From Planctomycetota bacterium (GTDB lineage: Bacteria > Planctomycetota > Planctomycetia > Planctomycetales > Planctomycetaceae): a stretch of 47,884 bases of DNA. Within the stretch, counting starts at the first letter, position 1. Every line of letters starts with the position of its first letter. This document shows, one piece after another, positions 35,330-43,748 of the stretch. The position numbers and the translations under genes are program-made. The notes under the pieces were generated by a model. That model did not search any database and was not told the DNA's origin. It saw nothing but the letters and a program-made list of their open reading frames with translations. The stretch spans positions 1 to 47,884 of the forward strand of contig JAYTFV010000224.1 of assembly GCA_043734065.1 (NCBI GenBank). Reading direction: 5' to 3'.

Positions 35330-36079
35330 ATGCAAATCCCCGTCCTGCGTGGCGTGATCGACCGACGCATCTTGGCAAATTACCGGATCGACGCCGAGGT
35401 GGCTGCTCGCGTCATCCCGTCGCCATTTCGCCCGAAGCTCGTGAATGGGTTTGCCCTGGGGGGCATCTGCCTGATCCGGTTGAAGCAGGTCCGGCCGTGG
35501 TTCTTTCCCTTCCCCTGGGGGCTGCGGTCGGAGAACGCCGCCCATCGTTTTGCGGTCGAGTGGGACGAAGACGGCCAGACTCGCGAGGGAGTCTACATCC
35601 CCCGCCGGGACACCAACTCCCGTCTCAACACCATCGTCGGTGGCACACTGTTTCCCGGGGTGCATCACCATTCGCGGTTCGAGGTGACCGAGTCGGTCGA
35701 CCACCTCTGCGTGGCCCTGCGCAGTGACGACGGGCAGACTCGCGTGCATGTCTCCGGACGAGTCGCCGAGGCTTTGCCTCCGACATCCGTCTTCACTTCA
35801 CTGGCTCAGGCGTCGGAGTTCTTCGAGCACGGATCACTCGGTTACTCCGACACTCACCAGGCCGGGCGCTACGACGGGCTGGAACTCCGCTGCCGAAACT
35901 GGAGCATGCAGCCTCTGGAAATCGACCACATCGAATCGAGCTTCTTCGAGGATGTTGACCGCTTCCCTCCCGGCTCCGCCGTCTTCGACCATGCCCTTCT
36001 GATGCGCGGCATCGAGCACGAGTGGCACGGACGCGGCGATCTCTGCTGCGTCCCCGCCGCACGGCAACGCACTTTGTGA
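35330..36079 (+). CDS. DUF2071-family (acetoacetate-decarboxylase-like fold) protein
   Basis: I chose the ATG at 35330 ('MQIPVLRGVIDRRILANYRIDAEV..'). 'FRPKLVNGFALGGICLIRLK' and the overall ~250-aa beta-rich pattern fit DUF2071. The call is moderate. Confidence 0.65.
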   Translation: MQIPVLRGVIDRRILANYRIDAEVAARVIPSPFRPKLVNGFALGGICLIRLKQVRPWFFPFPWGLRSENAAHRFAVEWDEDGQTREGVYIPRRDTNSRLNTIVGGTLFPGVHHHSRFEVTESVDHLCVALRSDDGQTRVHVSGRVAEALPPTSVFTSLAQASEFFEHGSLGYSDTHQAGRYDGLELRCRNWSMQPLEIDHIESSFFEDVDRFPPGSAVFDHALLMRGIEHEWHGRGDLCCVPAARQRTL

Positions 36080-36098
36080 AGTCGGGCAACTCTTCTTT

Positions 36099-36133
36099 GA
36101 CTGAAAACTGATCACTGACGACTGAAAACCAAC
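36099..36133. repeat. heptanucleotide array, 5 units related to the array at 27922
   Basis: The units are gactgaa aactgat cactgac gactgaa aaccaac. The array starts 20 nt after the DUF2071 stop. Confidence 0.75.
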
Positions 36134-36153
36134 GCACTGTGAAACAGTGCGTT
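36131..36153 (+). terminator. 10-bp stem hairpin after the DUF2071 gene
   Basis: The hairpin is 'aacgcactgt gaa acagtgcgtt'. A further pairing is possible between 36062-36073 'cggcaacgcact' and 36146-36157 'agtgcgttgccg'. There is no T-tract. Confidence 0.5.
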
Positions 36154-36300
36154 GCCGTCCCCGCCGTCCCCTGATTTGCGACGAACGGCTGCATGAAGTA
36201 ATGTCCCGGCTTGGAGTTTTGGCCCGTACGCCACAGCGGCGGGTCGGTCAGGTGCGGCACTCTTCCTCAGAGTGACCGCCTTCACGCAGGAGCATCAGTC

Positions 36301-37356
36301 GTGCCGGAAAACGTCGTCATCATCGGGTCGGGGCCTGCGGGCTGGACAGCTGCCATTTATGCCGCGCGGGCGAACCTGAACCCCATTGTGTATGAAGGGG
36401 CGATCAACGGCGAGAACCAGATCAAGGGGACGCTGCCGCTCGGACAGTTGAATCAGACGACCGAAGTCGAGAACTTTCCCGGCTTCCCGACGGGGGACAT
36501 GCTGAGCTATCTGGATGCGTCGATCGATGCCCAGCGTCGCATGTACATGATGCCGCACCGGGGGCACGGGGTCAGCGGGCCGGAGCTGATGGAGCTGATG
36601 CGGCAGCAGGCGGTCAACTTCGGCACGCGGGTCGTGACCGATGACATTGTCGACATCGATCTGTCCCAGCGACCGTTCAAGATGAAGTCGCTGGAAGGCC
36701 AGGAGATCGTGGCCCACTCGGTGATCATCGCCACCGGTGCGCGGGCGAACTATTTGGGCCTCGACTCCGAGAATAAGTTCAAGAACATGGGCGTGTCGGC
36801 CTGTGCCGTGTGCGACGGGGCGTTGCCTCGGTTCCGCGAGCGTCCGCTGGTCGTCATCGGCGGCGGCGACAGCGCGATGGAAGAGTCGAACTACCTCACC
36901 AAGTTCGCGTCCAAGGTCTACATCGTCCACCGCCGCGACTCGTTCCGCGCCAGCAAGATCATGGCCGACCGCGCGCTCCACAACCCCAAGATCGAGGTTA
37001 AGTGGAACTCCTCCGTCGACGAAGTCATCGGCAACGATGACGAAGGCGTCACAGCTGTGCGGATTCGGAGTCTAGTCGAGGCCGAGAAGACGGAGACCCT
37101 CGAAGTCTCCGGCTACTTCTGCGCGATCGGCCACACGCCGAACACCGACTTTCTCAAGGGCCAGATTACCCTCAACGACAAGGGCTACATCCAGTGGCCG
37201 GTGTCGCACCGCACGATGACCAACATCGAAGGCGTCTTCGCCGCTGGCGATGTCGCCGACGACTACTACAAGCAAGCCGTCACCGCCGCTGGTTCGGGCT
37301 GCCAAGCCGCCCTCGACTGCGAACGCTGGCTGGCTGTGAATGGGATTGGTCACTGA
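36301..37356 (+). CDS. trxB: thioredoxin-disulfide reductase
   Basis: A GTG at 36301 precedes the FAD motif '[20 protein letters not shown]'. The redox centre is 'CAVCDG' and the NADPH motif is '[12 protein letters not shown]'. The tracked ORF from 36211 adds an implausible N-terminal extension. Confidence 0.93.
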   Translation: MPENVVIIGSGPAGWTAAIYAARANLNPIVYEGAINGENQIKGTLPLGQLNQTTEVENFPGFPTGDMLSYLDASIDAQRRMYMMPHRGHGVSGPELMELMRQQAVNFGTRVVTDDIVDIDLSQRPFKMKSLEGQEIVAHSVIIATGARANYLGLDSENKFKNMGVSACAVCDGALPRFRERPLVVIGGGDSAMEESNYLTKFASKVYIVHRRDSFRASKIMADRALHNPKIEVKWNSSVDEVIGNDDEGVTAVRIRSLVEAEKTETLEVSGYFCAIGHTPNTDFLKGQITLNDKGYIQWPVSHRTMTNIEGVFAAGDVADDYYKQAVTAAGSGCQAALDCERWLAVNGIGH

Positions 37357-37394
37357 GCGAAGACGAATTCGCGATGTCACGAGTGAGGTGAATC

Positions 37395-38594
37395 ATGCCA
37401 TTCCTGAAGTCCATCAAGTTGTCTGGATTTCTCTCTTTCCCACCGGACGCGGAGGCGATTCCGCTCACGTCGCTGAATGTCATCATTGGCCCCAATGGAT
37501 CGGGAAAGTCGAATCTGATCGAGGCGATTGACTTACTTGCTTCCGCTCCCAAGTCCGCTCTCGCCGATACGATTCGAGTGGGAGGTGGAGCTACAGAATG
37601 GATATGGAAAGGTGAGCCGCGGGCGGAGCGATCAAGCATTGATGTGACGCTCGAAGACACCCCCTGGGGTAAGGATTTGCGGTATCAGATCGTCTTCACG
37701 CCAGCGGGACAGCAGTTCCAGATTGTTGACGAAGTCATTGAAGATGTGGCGAAGTCAAATCCAGCGGCAGATGATGTCTATTTCTATTACCGGTACCAAA
37801 ACGGTGCGCCCGCCATCAATGCGTGCGAGCCGGTGACGAACGCAACAAGCAAAACAACTAGGACTCTACGCAAGCTTGAGCGGCCAAAGACTCAGGATGT
37901 ATCTGTTCTTTCACTGAGACGCGAAGAAGATATTTACCCGGAACTATTCTGGCTTGGAACTCGATTCAGCAACATTCGAGTATTCAATTCATGGTCGTTT
38001 GGGAGAAAAGCTCCACTTCGGCTGCCACAGCGAACCGATCTCGATCCGTTCGACCTGCTCCCCGGTTCTGAGAACTTGGGAGTTGTGTTGAATGAACTTC
38101 TACACAGCAGCATCACGGAGGAGTTTAATCGGCAAATGACTCTGTTTCTGCCTCGCTATCGGCGGTTCAGCGTTCGGATTTACGGGAATACCGTTCAACT
38201 CTATCTCCACGAGGATGGTTTGGGAACGCCAGTCCCAGCAACCCGATTGTCCGATGGAACAATCCGTTTCATGGCAATTCTGGCGTTGCTCTTATCGCCG
38301 AATCCGCCACCACTTCTGTGCATTGATGAGCCGGAGATGGGTTTGCATCCAGATGCTGTCAGCCGACTGGCCGACTTGCTGGTGGATGCATCCGACCGAA
38401 TGCAACTGATCGTGACAACGCACTCTGATACTCTCGTCTCTGCTCTGACCGAACACGCCAATTCAGTTCTGGTCAGCGAGAACTTGAACGGGACCAGATT
38501 GGATCGAGTCGATCCTCAGCGACTTGAACTCTGGCTGTCAAAATATCGCCTCGGCGATATCTGGCGGATCGGTGAGATTGGGGGCAATCCATGA
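37395..38594 (+). CDS. ABC/SMC-like AAA ATPase (AAA_21/AAA_15-type, COG4637-like)
   Basis: ATG 37395 has a 'gaggtg' ~7 nt upstream. Walker A is 'GPNGSGKSN' (about 37488-37514). The signature-like motif is 'LSDGTIRFMAILALL', Walker B is 'LLCIDEPEMGLHPD' and the H-loop is 'VTTHSD'. GC is lower here: lines 37681 and 37921 count 52% and 45%. Confidence 0.85.
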   Translation: MPFLKSIKLSGFLSFPPDAEAIPLTSLNVIIGPNGSGKSNLIEAIDLLASAPKSALADTIRVGGGATEWIWKGEPRAERSSIDVTLEDTPWGKDLRYQIVFTPAGQQFQIVDEVIEDVAKSNPAADDVYFYYRYQNGAPAINACEPVTNATSKTTRTLRKLERPKTQDVSVLSLRREEDIYPELFWLGTRFSNIRVFNSWSFGRKAPLRLPQRTDLDPFDLLPGSENLGVVLNELLHSSITEEFNRQMTLFLPRYRRFSVRIYGNTVQLYLHEDGLGTPVPATRLSDGTIRFMAILALLLSPNPPPLLCIDEPEMGLHPDAVSRLADLLVDASDRMQLIVTTHSDTLVSALTEHANSVLVSENLNGTRLDRVDPQRLELWLSKYRLGDIWRIGEIGGNP

Positions 38595-39271
38595 AAGAGA
38601 TTGTCATCTATGTCGAAGGCGGGGGTGATACGGTATCGCAGAGAAAGGAGTTGCGAATGGGATTCGACAGTCTTTTTCGATCGCAGAAAGAGGCTGCCCG
38701 CAGGAATTCCATTTCTCTCAAGTTTGTTCCATCTGGCGGTCGGGGAGAAACGTTCAAGACATTTCGGAACAAGATGGACCAAGCTGGATCGACTCAACAC
38801 ATTGTGCTCCTGGTCGATTCCGAGGGGCCGATTCCAGCGGAAACTGATACCAAGGATGAAGCGAATGCCAATGCAAGAGTTCAGCATCTCGTGAATCGCG
38901 ATGGCTGGAGCTTCAGGGGAGTTGAACCATCTCATGTTCATCTCATGGTTCAGTGCATGGAGGCATGGATTCTCGCTGACCTGGAGCAAATGGGGAAATT
39001 CTACAAGAAGAATTTTCGACGAAACGCTCTTCCACAACTCCCAAACATGGAGAACGAAGCGAAGACATCCATCTACTCCAAGATCGTAGCGGCCACAAAG
39101 GACACACAGAAAGGTGAATACTCCGATGCCAACAACGCCAAAATCACTCACGCCAGCAAGCTCTTGGAGATGATCCGTCCCGAAGAGATATCAAAAAGGT
39201 GTCCTCGATTCAAGACTTTCGTCAGGTGGCTCGACGAGATCGTCGCTCCGACAACTTCCCCAAATCGCTGA
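38591..39271 (+). CDS. DUF4276/RloB-like (Toprim-like) partner protein of the ATPase
   Basis: The start overlaps the ATPase stop (ATGA at 38591-38594). The protein is 226 aa. Conserved acidic positions are 'IVIYVEGGGD', 'IVLLVDSEG' and 'VQCMEAWILAD', the pattern expected for Toprim-like DUF4276/RloB proteins that pair with such ATPases. The family call is from motif memory, not a search. Confidence 0.65.
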   Translation: MKEIVIYVEGGGDTVSQRKELRMGFDSLFRSQKEAARRNSISLKFVPSGGRGETFKTFRNKMDQAGSTQHIVLLVDSEGPIPAETDTKDEANANARVQHLVNRDGWSFRGVEPSHVHLMVQCMEAWILADLEQMGKFYKKNFRRNALPQLPNMENEAKTSIYSKIVAATKDTQKGEYSDANNAKITHASKLLEMIRPEEISKRCPRFKTFVRWLDEIVAPTTSPNR

Positions 39272-39281
39272 ATCCTCCACC

Positions 39282-40118
39282 ATGCCCAACACCCCCCTTC
39301 GCATCCTCATCATCGGCGCCCACCCCGACGATTGTGACCTCAAGGCGGGGGGCACAGCTGCGATCTATCGATCGCTGGGTCATGAGGTGCGTTTCGTCAG
39401 CGTGACCAACGGTCAGTCCGGGCATCAGCAGATGTACGGCGAGGCGCTGACGGCCCGGCGTACCGAAGAGGCGGCCCGCGCGGGTCGCGTGATCGGCGTG
39501 CAGTACGATGTGCTGGAGTTCCCCGACGGCGGGTTGCAGCCGACTCTGGAGGCTCGTTATAGGATCATCCGTCTCATCCGCGAGTTCGCCCCGGACTTGA
39601 TCCTCACTCATCGCCCGAACGACTATCACCCGGACCACCGCTACACTTCGCAGATCGTGTGCGACGCGGCGTACATGGTGATGGTCCCGGCTGTGGTGCC
39701 GGAGGTGCCGCCCTTACGAAAAAACCCGGTGATGGGGTTCCTGTCGGATGATTTTCAGAGGCCGTACCGGCTCAGCCCGACGGTCGTCGTCGACATTGAG
39801 CCAGTGCTGGACCAGGTGATTGACATGCTCGATTGCCACGAGTCGCAGTTCTACGAGTGGATGCCGTGGATCGGGTTCTTCGGTGACACGCCGATGCCGA
39901 CCGGACTCAAGGAGCGCAAGCAGTTCCTCCGCGAAACGATCCTAGCCCGCATCGCCCCGCTGGCCGACCGATTCCGCGAGTTGGTCGTGAAGACCTATGG
40001 CCCCCAGCGCGGAGCGAAGATCAAGTACATTGAGGCGTTCGAGCCGTGCGAGTACGGAGCTCCACTGGATAAGGCCGCAAAGCAGCGGCTCTTCCCGTGG
40101 CTACCAGTCGTGGGATAG
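39282..40118 (+). CDS. PIG-L/LmbE-family N-acetylglucosaminyl deacetylase
   Basis: The Zn-binding motifs 'ILIIGAHPDDCDLKAGG' and 'HRPNDYHPDHR' are present. The protein is 278 aa. Confidence 0.85.
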   Translation: MPNTPLRILIIGAHPDDCDLKAGGTAAIYRSLGHEVRFVSVTNGQSGHQQMYGEALTARRTEEAARAGRVIGVQYDVLEFPDGGLQPTLEARYRIIRLIREFAPDLILTHRPNDYHPDHRYTSQIVCDAAYMVMVPAVVPEVPPLRKNPVMGFLSDDFQRPYRLSPTVVVDIEPVLDQVIDMLDCHESQFYEWMPWIGFFGDTPMPTGLKERKQFLRETILARIAPLADRFRELVVKTYGPQRGAKIKYIEAFEPCEYGAPLDKAAKQRLFPWLPVVG

Positions 40119-40176
40119 GCGTCCAGCCTGTCGTCTTTTCTAAACAACAGTCGACAGGCTGGAAGCCTATCCCACG
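40109..40176. repeat. 25-bp-stem palindrome filling the PIG-L / next-gene spacer (terminator or REP-like)
   Basis: The left arm at 40109-40133 is 'cgtgggataggcgtccagcctgtcg'. The right arm at 40152-40176 is 'cgacaggctggaagcctatcccacg'. They match 24/25, with an 18-nt loop. The left arm includes the last codons and stop of the deacetylase gene. Confidence 0.7.
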
Positions 40177-40185
40177 AGGCACTTC

Positions 40186-40944
40186 ATGGACTCGGACAAC
40201 CCTGATGACGACTTCCTGACTGCCGATACTCCCGGCTTTCGCTGGCCGTTCGGCTGGGGGGTGATGTTAGCCCTCGGCTGGCTAGCGTTCGAACTCACAG
40301 CCCAGCCGCGATTCGGAATTGCTGTCACCTGCACCAAGTTGATGTGGAATGACCTCGTCACCGCCCGCTGGTGGATCAAACGCGACCCCTGGTGGCAGCG
40401 CAGAGTCTGTGTGACGATACTGTTGGTGATTCGAGCAATCACGAAATACTCCTTCACGTTGATGGGGATCTGCATGGTCTCTTCCTTCTTCGAGAATTCG
40501 GGTAAACCTTTCGAATTGACGACATTGAGGTACTCCTTTGTGATTGGATACGGAGCATTCATATTGGGATCAATCGCTGGGGTGGTCATCACGCCTCTGT
40601 CGATCATTAGCGGTGTGCGATTGTGGCTCGACAAGGGGGTCACGGAATCTCGTCGCGTGGATCATTTTCCGCCGAAACCACGAGGCATGAACCAGACAGG
40701 TTTGCTACTGCTGGGCACTCGATTCTTCGAATGCTTCTTATGCGGGATCCTTCTCTCAGCGATAACCAAGAATCTTCCAGTGAACGATAATGGAAAGTTA
40801 TTACTTATTGTCCTTGGAATTATACTACTACTATTTTGCCAGTATCACCTCACTCATCTAATCCTCGCCATGACTCCCCAGGACGGCTTGTATTCCGGTG
40901 GAAAGCTGGCTCCGCCCTCAAAGGGAGACGATGGCTGGGACTGA
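40186..40944 (+). CDS. hypothetical multi-pass membrane protein (no family recognised)
   Basis: The start is ATG 40186 and the protein is 252 aa. It has 5-6 hydrophobic helices (e.g. 'GVMLALGWLAFELTA', 'VCVTILLVIRAI', 'LLLIVLGIILLLFCQY'). GC falls to ~43% on line 40741. I prefer this ORF over the overlapping minus-strand ORF because of its TM periodicity. Confidence 0.5.
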   Translation: MDSDNPDDDFLTADTPGFRWPFGWGVMLALGWLAFELTAQPRFGIAVTCTKLMWNDLVTARWWIKRDPWWQRRVCVTILLVIRAITKYSFTLMGICMVSSFFENSGKPFELTTLRYSFVIGYGAFILGSIAGVVITPLSIISGVRLWLDKGVTESRRVDHFPPKPRGMNQTGLLLLGTRFFECFLCGILLSAITKNLPVNDNGKLLLIVLGIILLLFCQYHLTHLILAMTPQDGLYSGGKLAPPSKGDDGWD

Positions 40945-40986
40945 ATCGCCAACCATTCAAATCGACTCTCCCGTTGAAAGGCTGCA

Positions 40987-42552
40987 TTGCACGACACTGC
41001 TCCACTCACCGACTACCGCAACCTCCCAGTCACCGTAATGGGCCTGGGCCGCTTTGGCGGCGGGCTGGGGGCGGTGAAGTTCCTATTGGATCGCGGGGCA
41101 CGGGTCACAGTGACTGACCTGCGGCCCGAGGCTCAACTCGCGGAGACGTTAAAAGAGTTCGATGCCTCGAAGCTGGTGCGTCTGCAATGCGGTGGGCATA
41201 CGGACGCCGACTTCGCCGACGCCCAGCTGATCGTCGTGAACCCGGCAGTGAAGCCGAGCTGCCCGTGGTTGGCGAAGGCTCGCGAGCGCGGCATCCCGCG
41301 TACGAGCGAGATGAATCTGTTCTGGCAGCACAACCGAGGCCGCGTGATTGGCGTGACCGGGAGCAATGGCAAGTCGACGACGACCGCTCTGATTGCTCAT
41401 CTGCTGAAGACCGCCGGGAGGACGGTTCATCTAGGTGGCAACCTCGGCGGGAGTCTGCTCCCGATTGTCGACTCGATCGCCCCAACCGACTGGGTGGTCC
41501 TCGAACTGAGTAGCTTTCAACTCGCCGACCTCGACCGAATCGAGGCCAGCCCGGAGATCGCGGTCGTCACGAACTTCGCCCCGAACCACCTCGACTGGCA
41601 CCCGGACCTCGACGACTACCGACGGGCCAAGCAGACGATTCTGCGCTGGCAATCTATGGACTCGACTGCTGTGCTGAACGGGGAGGATGCGGATGTGCGC
41701 GAGTGGCCGACACGTGGGCGAGTGAGGTTCTTTGGACAGACCTCCGGCTCCCTCTCCCCCGCTGGTGATGTGGCCGACTCGAATGACACGCACGGCGGGG
41801 GAGAGGGTGAGGGTGAGGGGGCACGCACTCAACTCTCGCCCCCTCACCCCGGCCCTCTCCCCCACCGCGGAGTCGTCTCCGAAAGCAGCGCCGATTGTGG
41901 GGGAGAGGGAGCAGAGTCTGCGCTGCGCGTCATGCCGCTGGCTGACCTCCTCGACTTGCTGCCCCTCCCTGGCGAACACAACCGCATGAACGCTGAGGCT
42001 GCGATCTGTGCGGTGTTAGCGGCGGGGGTTGAGAGAGAAGCACTGGCGGAGGGGCTGAGAACCTTTCGCGGGTTGCCGCATCGGCTGGAGTTGGTCGGAG
42101 AGGTCGGCGGTCGGCGGTTCTATAACGACTCACTCGCCACGACGCCGGAGTCGGCGATCTGTGCCTTGAAGGCGTTTCCGGGTCGGGTGCTGCTCATGGC
42201 GGGAGGGTATGACAAGCAGATCGACCTCAGCGAGTTCGCTCGCGAGGCAGCGATGCGGGCGACCGCGATTGCCTGGATGGGGCAGACGGCGGAGCGGCTT
42301 CACGCTCTCGCCACGCAGACGCTGGAGCAGCACGGGGGTCTGATGTCCCCCGCTCGCTGTCGATCGCAGCGGATCACGCACAGCTTGCGTGAGGCGTTCG
42401 AGTGGCTGTGGGACCAGTCTCAGCCGGGGGATACGATTCTGCTCTCGCCAGCGTGTGCGAGCTTCGATTGGTTCCTGAACTTCGCGGATCGCGGGGAGCA
42501 GTTTCGGGACTTGATCGAAGAGTGGGAAGACCGTGGGAGTCCCAGGCCGTAG
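40987..42552 (+). CDS. murD: UDP-N-acetylmuramoyl-L-alanine--D-glutamate ligase, carrying a ~50-aa repeat-derived insert
   Basis: The matches are 'VTVMGLGRFGGG', the P-loop 'GVTGSNGKSTT', 'LELSSFQL', 'GEHNRMNAEAA' and 'FRGLPHRLELV'. The tracked start is TTG 40987. The protein is 521 aa, against ~440-460 aa for typical MurD. Confidence 0.93.
   Translation: MHDTAPLTDYRNLPVTVMGLGRFGGGLGAVKFLLDRGARVTVTDLRPEAQLAETLKEFDASKLVRLQCGGHTDADFADAQLIVVNPAVKPSCPWLAKARERGIPRTSEMNLFWQHNRGRVIGVTGSNGKSTTTALIAHLLKTAGRTVHLGGNLGGSLLPIVDSIAPTDWVVLELSSFQLADLDRIEASPEIAVVTNFAPNHLDWHPDLDDYRRAKQTILRWQSMDSTAVLNGEDADVREWPTRGRVRFFGQTSGSLSPAGDVADSNDTHGGGEGEGEGARTQLSPPHPGPLPHRGVVSESSADCGGEGAESALRVMPLADLLDLLPLPGEHNRMNAEAAICAVLAAGVEREALAEGLRTFRGLPHRLELVGEVGGRRFYNDSLATTPESAICALKAFPGRVLLMAGGYDKQIDLSEFAREAAMRATAIAWMGQTAERLHALATQTLEQHGGLMSPARCRSQRITHSLREAFEWLWDQSQPGDTILLSPACASFDWFLNFADRGEQFRDLIEEWEDRGSPRP
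41797..41865. repeat. palindromic GGGGAGAGGG-type interspersed element inside murD
   Basis: The left arm at 41797-41821 is 'gggggagagggtgagggtgaggggg'. The right arm is 'ccccctcaccccggccctctccccc', within 41838-41865. A third partial copy 'gggggagagggagc' lies near 41899. In the murD frame this reads 'GGGEGEGEGARTQLSPPHPGPLPHRG'. Confidence 0.8.
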
Positions 42553-42594
42553 GCTGGGAGACGCTTGCGGCGGGCGGCGATCTCCACGGCGCGA

Positions 42595-43482
42595 CTACCC
42601 CACGGGACGGAGCCCCAACCCATCCAGGATGCGTTCGCACGACTCGCTGCGATTGAGGACGTAGAAGTGCATCCCCGGCACGCCCGCGTCGATCAGCTCG
42701 CGACACTGCTGGATGGCGAACTCGACGCCGATGTCGAACTGGGCCTGGGGATCGTGCTGCACCGCTTCCAGCCGCGAGGCCAGCGTGATCGGGAAGACCG
42801 ACCCGCACATCGACGTGATTCGCTTGATCCGGGCGAACTCGGTGATCGGCATGATGCCCGGGACGATGGGAACCTGCATCCCCAGCTGAGTGCAGCGGTC
42901 GCGGAATCGTAGAAAGCTCGCGTTCTCATAGAACAGTTGGGTGAAGACCGCATCGGCTCCGGCGTCGACCTTGCGTTTGAGGTTCACGAGGTCAATGTCC
43001 AGGTCTGGAGCTTCCGGGTGTTTCTCGGGATAGCCCGCGACGCCGATCCCCAAGTCGGGATAGTGCGAGCGAATCAACTCGACCAGTTCGTTGGCGTGCG
43101 ACAGCCCGCCGGTCACGGTCTTGAATTCGGTCTGCCCCTGCGGCGGGTCTCCGCGCAGAGCCATGATGTTATGGATGCCGTTCTGAGTGGCCCGGGACAG
43201 CCAGTCGAGCAACTCCTCTCGCGTGGAACCGACACAGGTAAAATGCGATGTCGCGGTCAGGCCGAAGTCGGCCTGCACACGGCGGCAAATCTCGACGGTC
43301 CGGCCTTGCGTGCTGCCCCCGGCCCCGTAAGTACAGGAGACGAAGCCCGGCTGGTAAACCCGCAAACGTTCGAGCGCCCGGTAGAGCCCTTCGTCCCCGG
43401 CTTCGGTTTTGGGGGGAAAGACCTCGATCGAGAGTACGAACGGCCTCGTTCGGAACAAATCACGAATCCGCATGGTCGGCAC
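42595..43482 (-). CDS. metF: 5,10-methylenetetrahydrofolate reductase
   Basis: The matches are '[15 protein letters not shown]', '[11 protein letters not shown]', 'ALRGDPP' and 'FYVLNRS'. The tracked start at 43482 is GTG, and an ATG at 43471-43473 is an alternative. Confidence 0.93.
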   Translation of the reverse strand: MPTMRIRDLFRTRPFVLSIEVFPPKTEAGDEGLYRALERLRVYQPGFVSCTYGAGGSTQGRTVEICRRVQADFGLTATSHFTCVGSTREELLDWLSRATQNGIHNIMALRGDPPQGQTEFKTVTGGLSHANELVELIRSHYPDLGIGVAGYPEKHPEAPDLDIDLVNLKRKVDAGADAVFTQLFYENASFLRFRDRCTQLGMQVPIVPGIMPITEFARIKRITSMCGSVFPITLASRLEAVQHDPQAQFDIGVEFAIQQCRELIDAGVPGMHFYVLNRSESCERILDGLGLRPVG

Positions 43483-43748
43483 TCGACCTCTTCAACTGGC
43501 ATCACGTGGATGCGTCTGGAAACACGGGACGCCACTCGACGCCACACCGATCGAAATCGCCGCAGCCACTCCGATCGCAGGCAGGATAGTTGCCATTCCG
43601 GAATTGGGACAGGGCATCTGGGTGAAAATGTGGGGAGTCCGATGTGCTGTCGTTCTCCATGCCTGAAGTGGACCCCGGTGAACAGTGCAGTCACGAACCG
43701 CAGGATTTTTTCCGCGCACAGGCTCGAAGGACCGTGGACCACCGTCGC

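Noticed and set aside
36211-36300. Upstream extension of trxB (tracked ORF start at 36211), and similar extensions of ORFs at 27867-27989, 32025-32225, 32128-32205, 35279-35329 and 47514-47564
   Set aside because: The extensions precede the conserved N-termini, overlap neighbouring genes or repeats, and have atypical composition. Internal ATG/GTG starts give proteins of canonical length.
40167-40643. 158-aa minus-strand ORF
   Set aside because: It overlaps the plus-strand membrane-protein ORF, has no hydrophobic periodicity or motifs, and would start inside the palindrome. The plus-strand reading is more protein-like, although neither is certain.
43492-43719. 75-aa minus-strand ORF in the metF leader with a hydrophobic tail (MATILPAIGVAAAISIGVA..)
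   Set aside because: The N-terminal half is Arg/Pro/His-rich and atypical, and there is no RBS-like sequence or family resemblance. I mention it only as part of the long leader.
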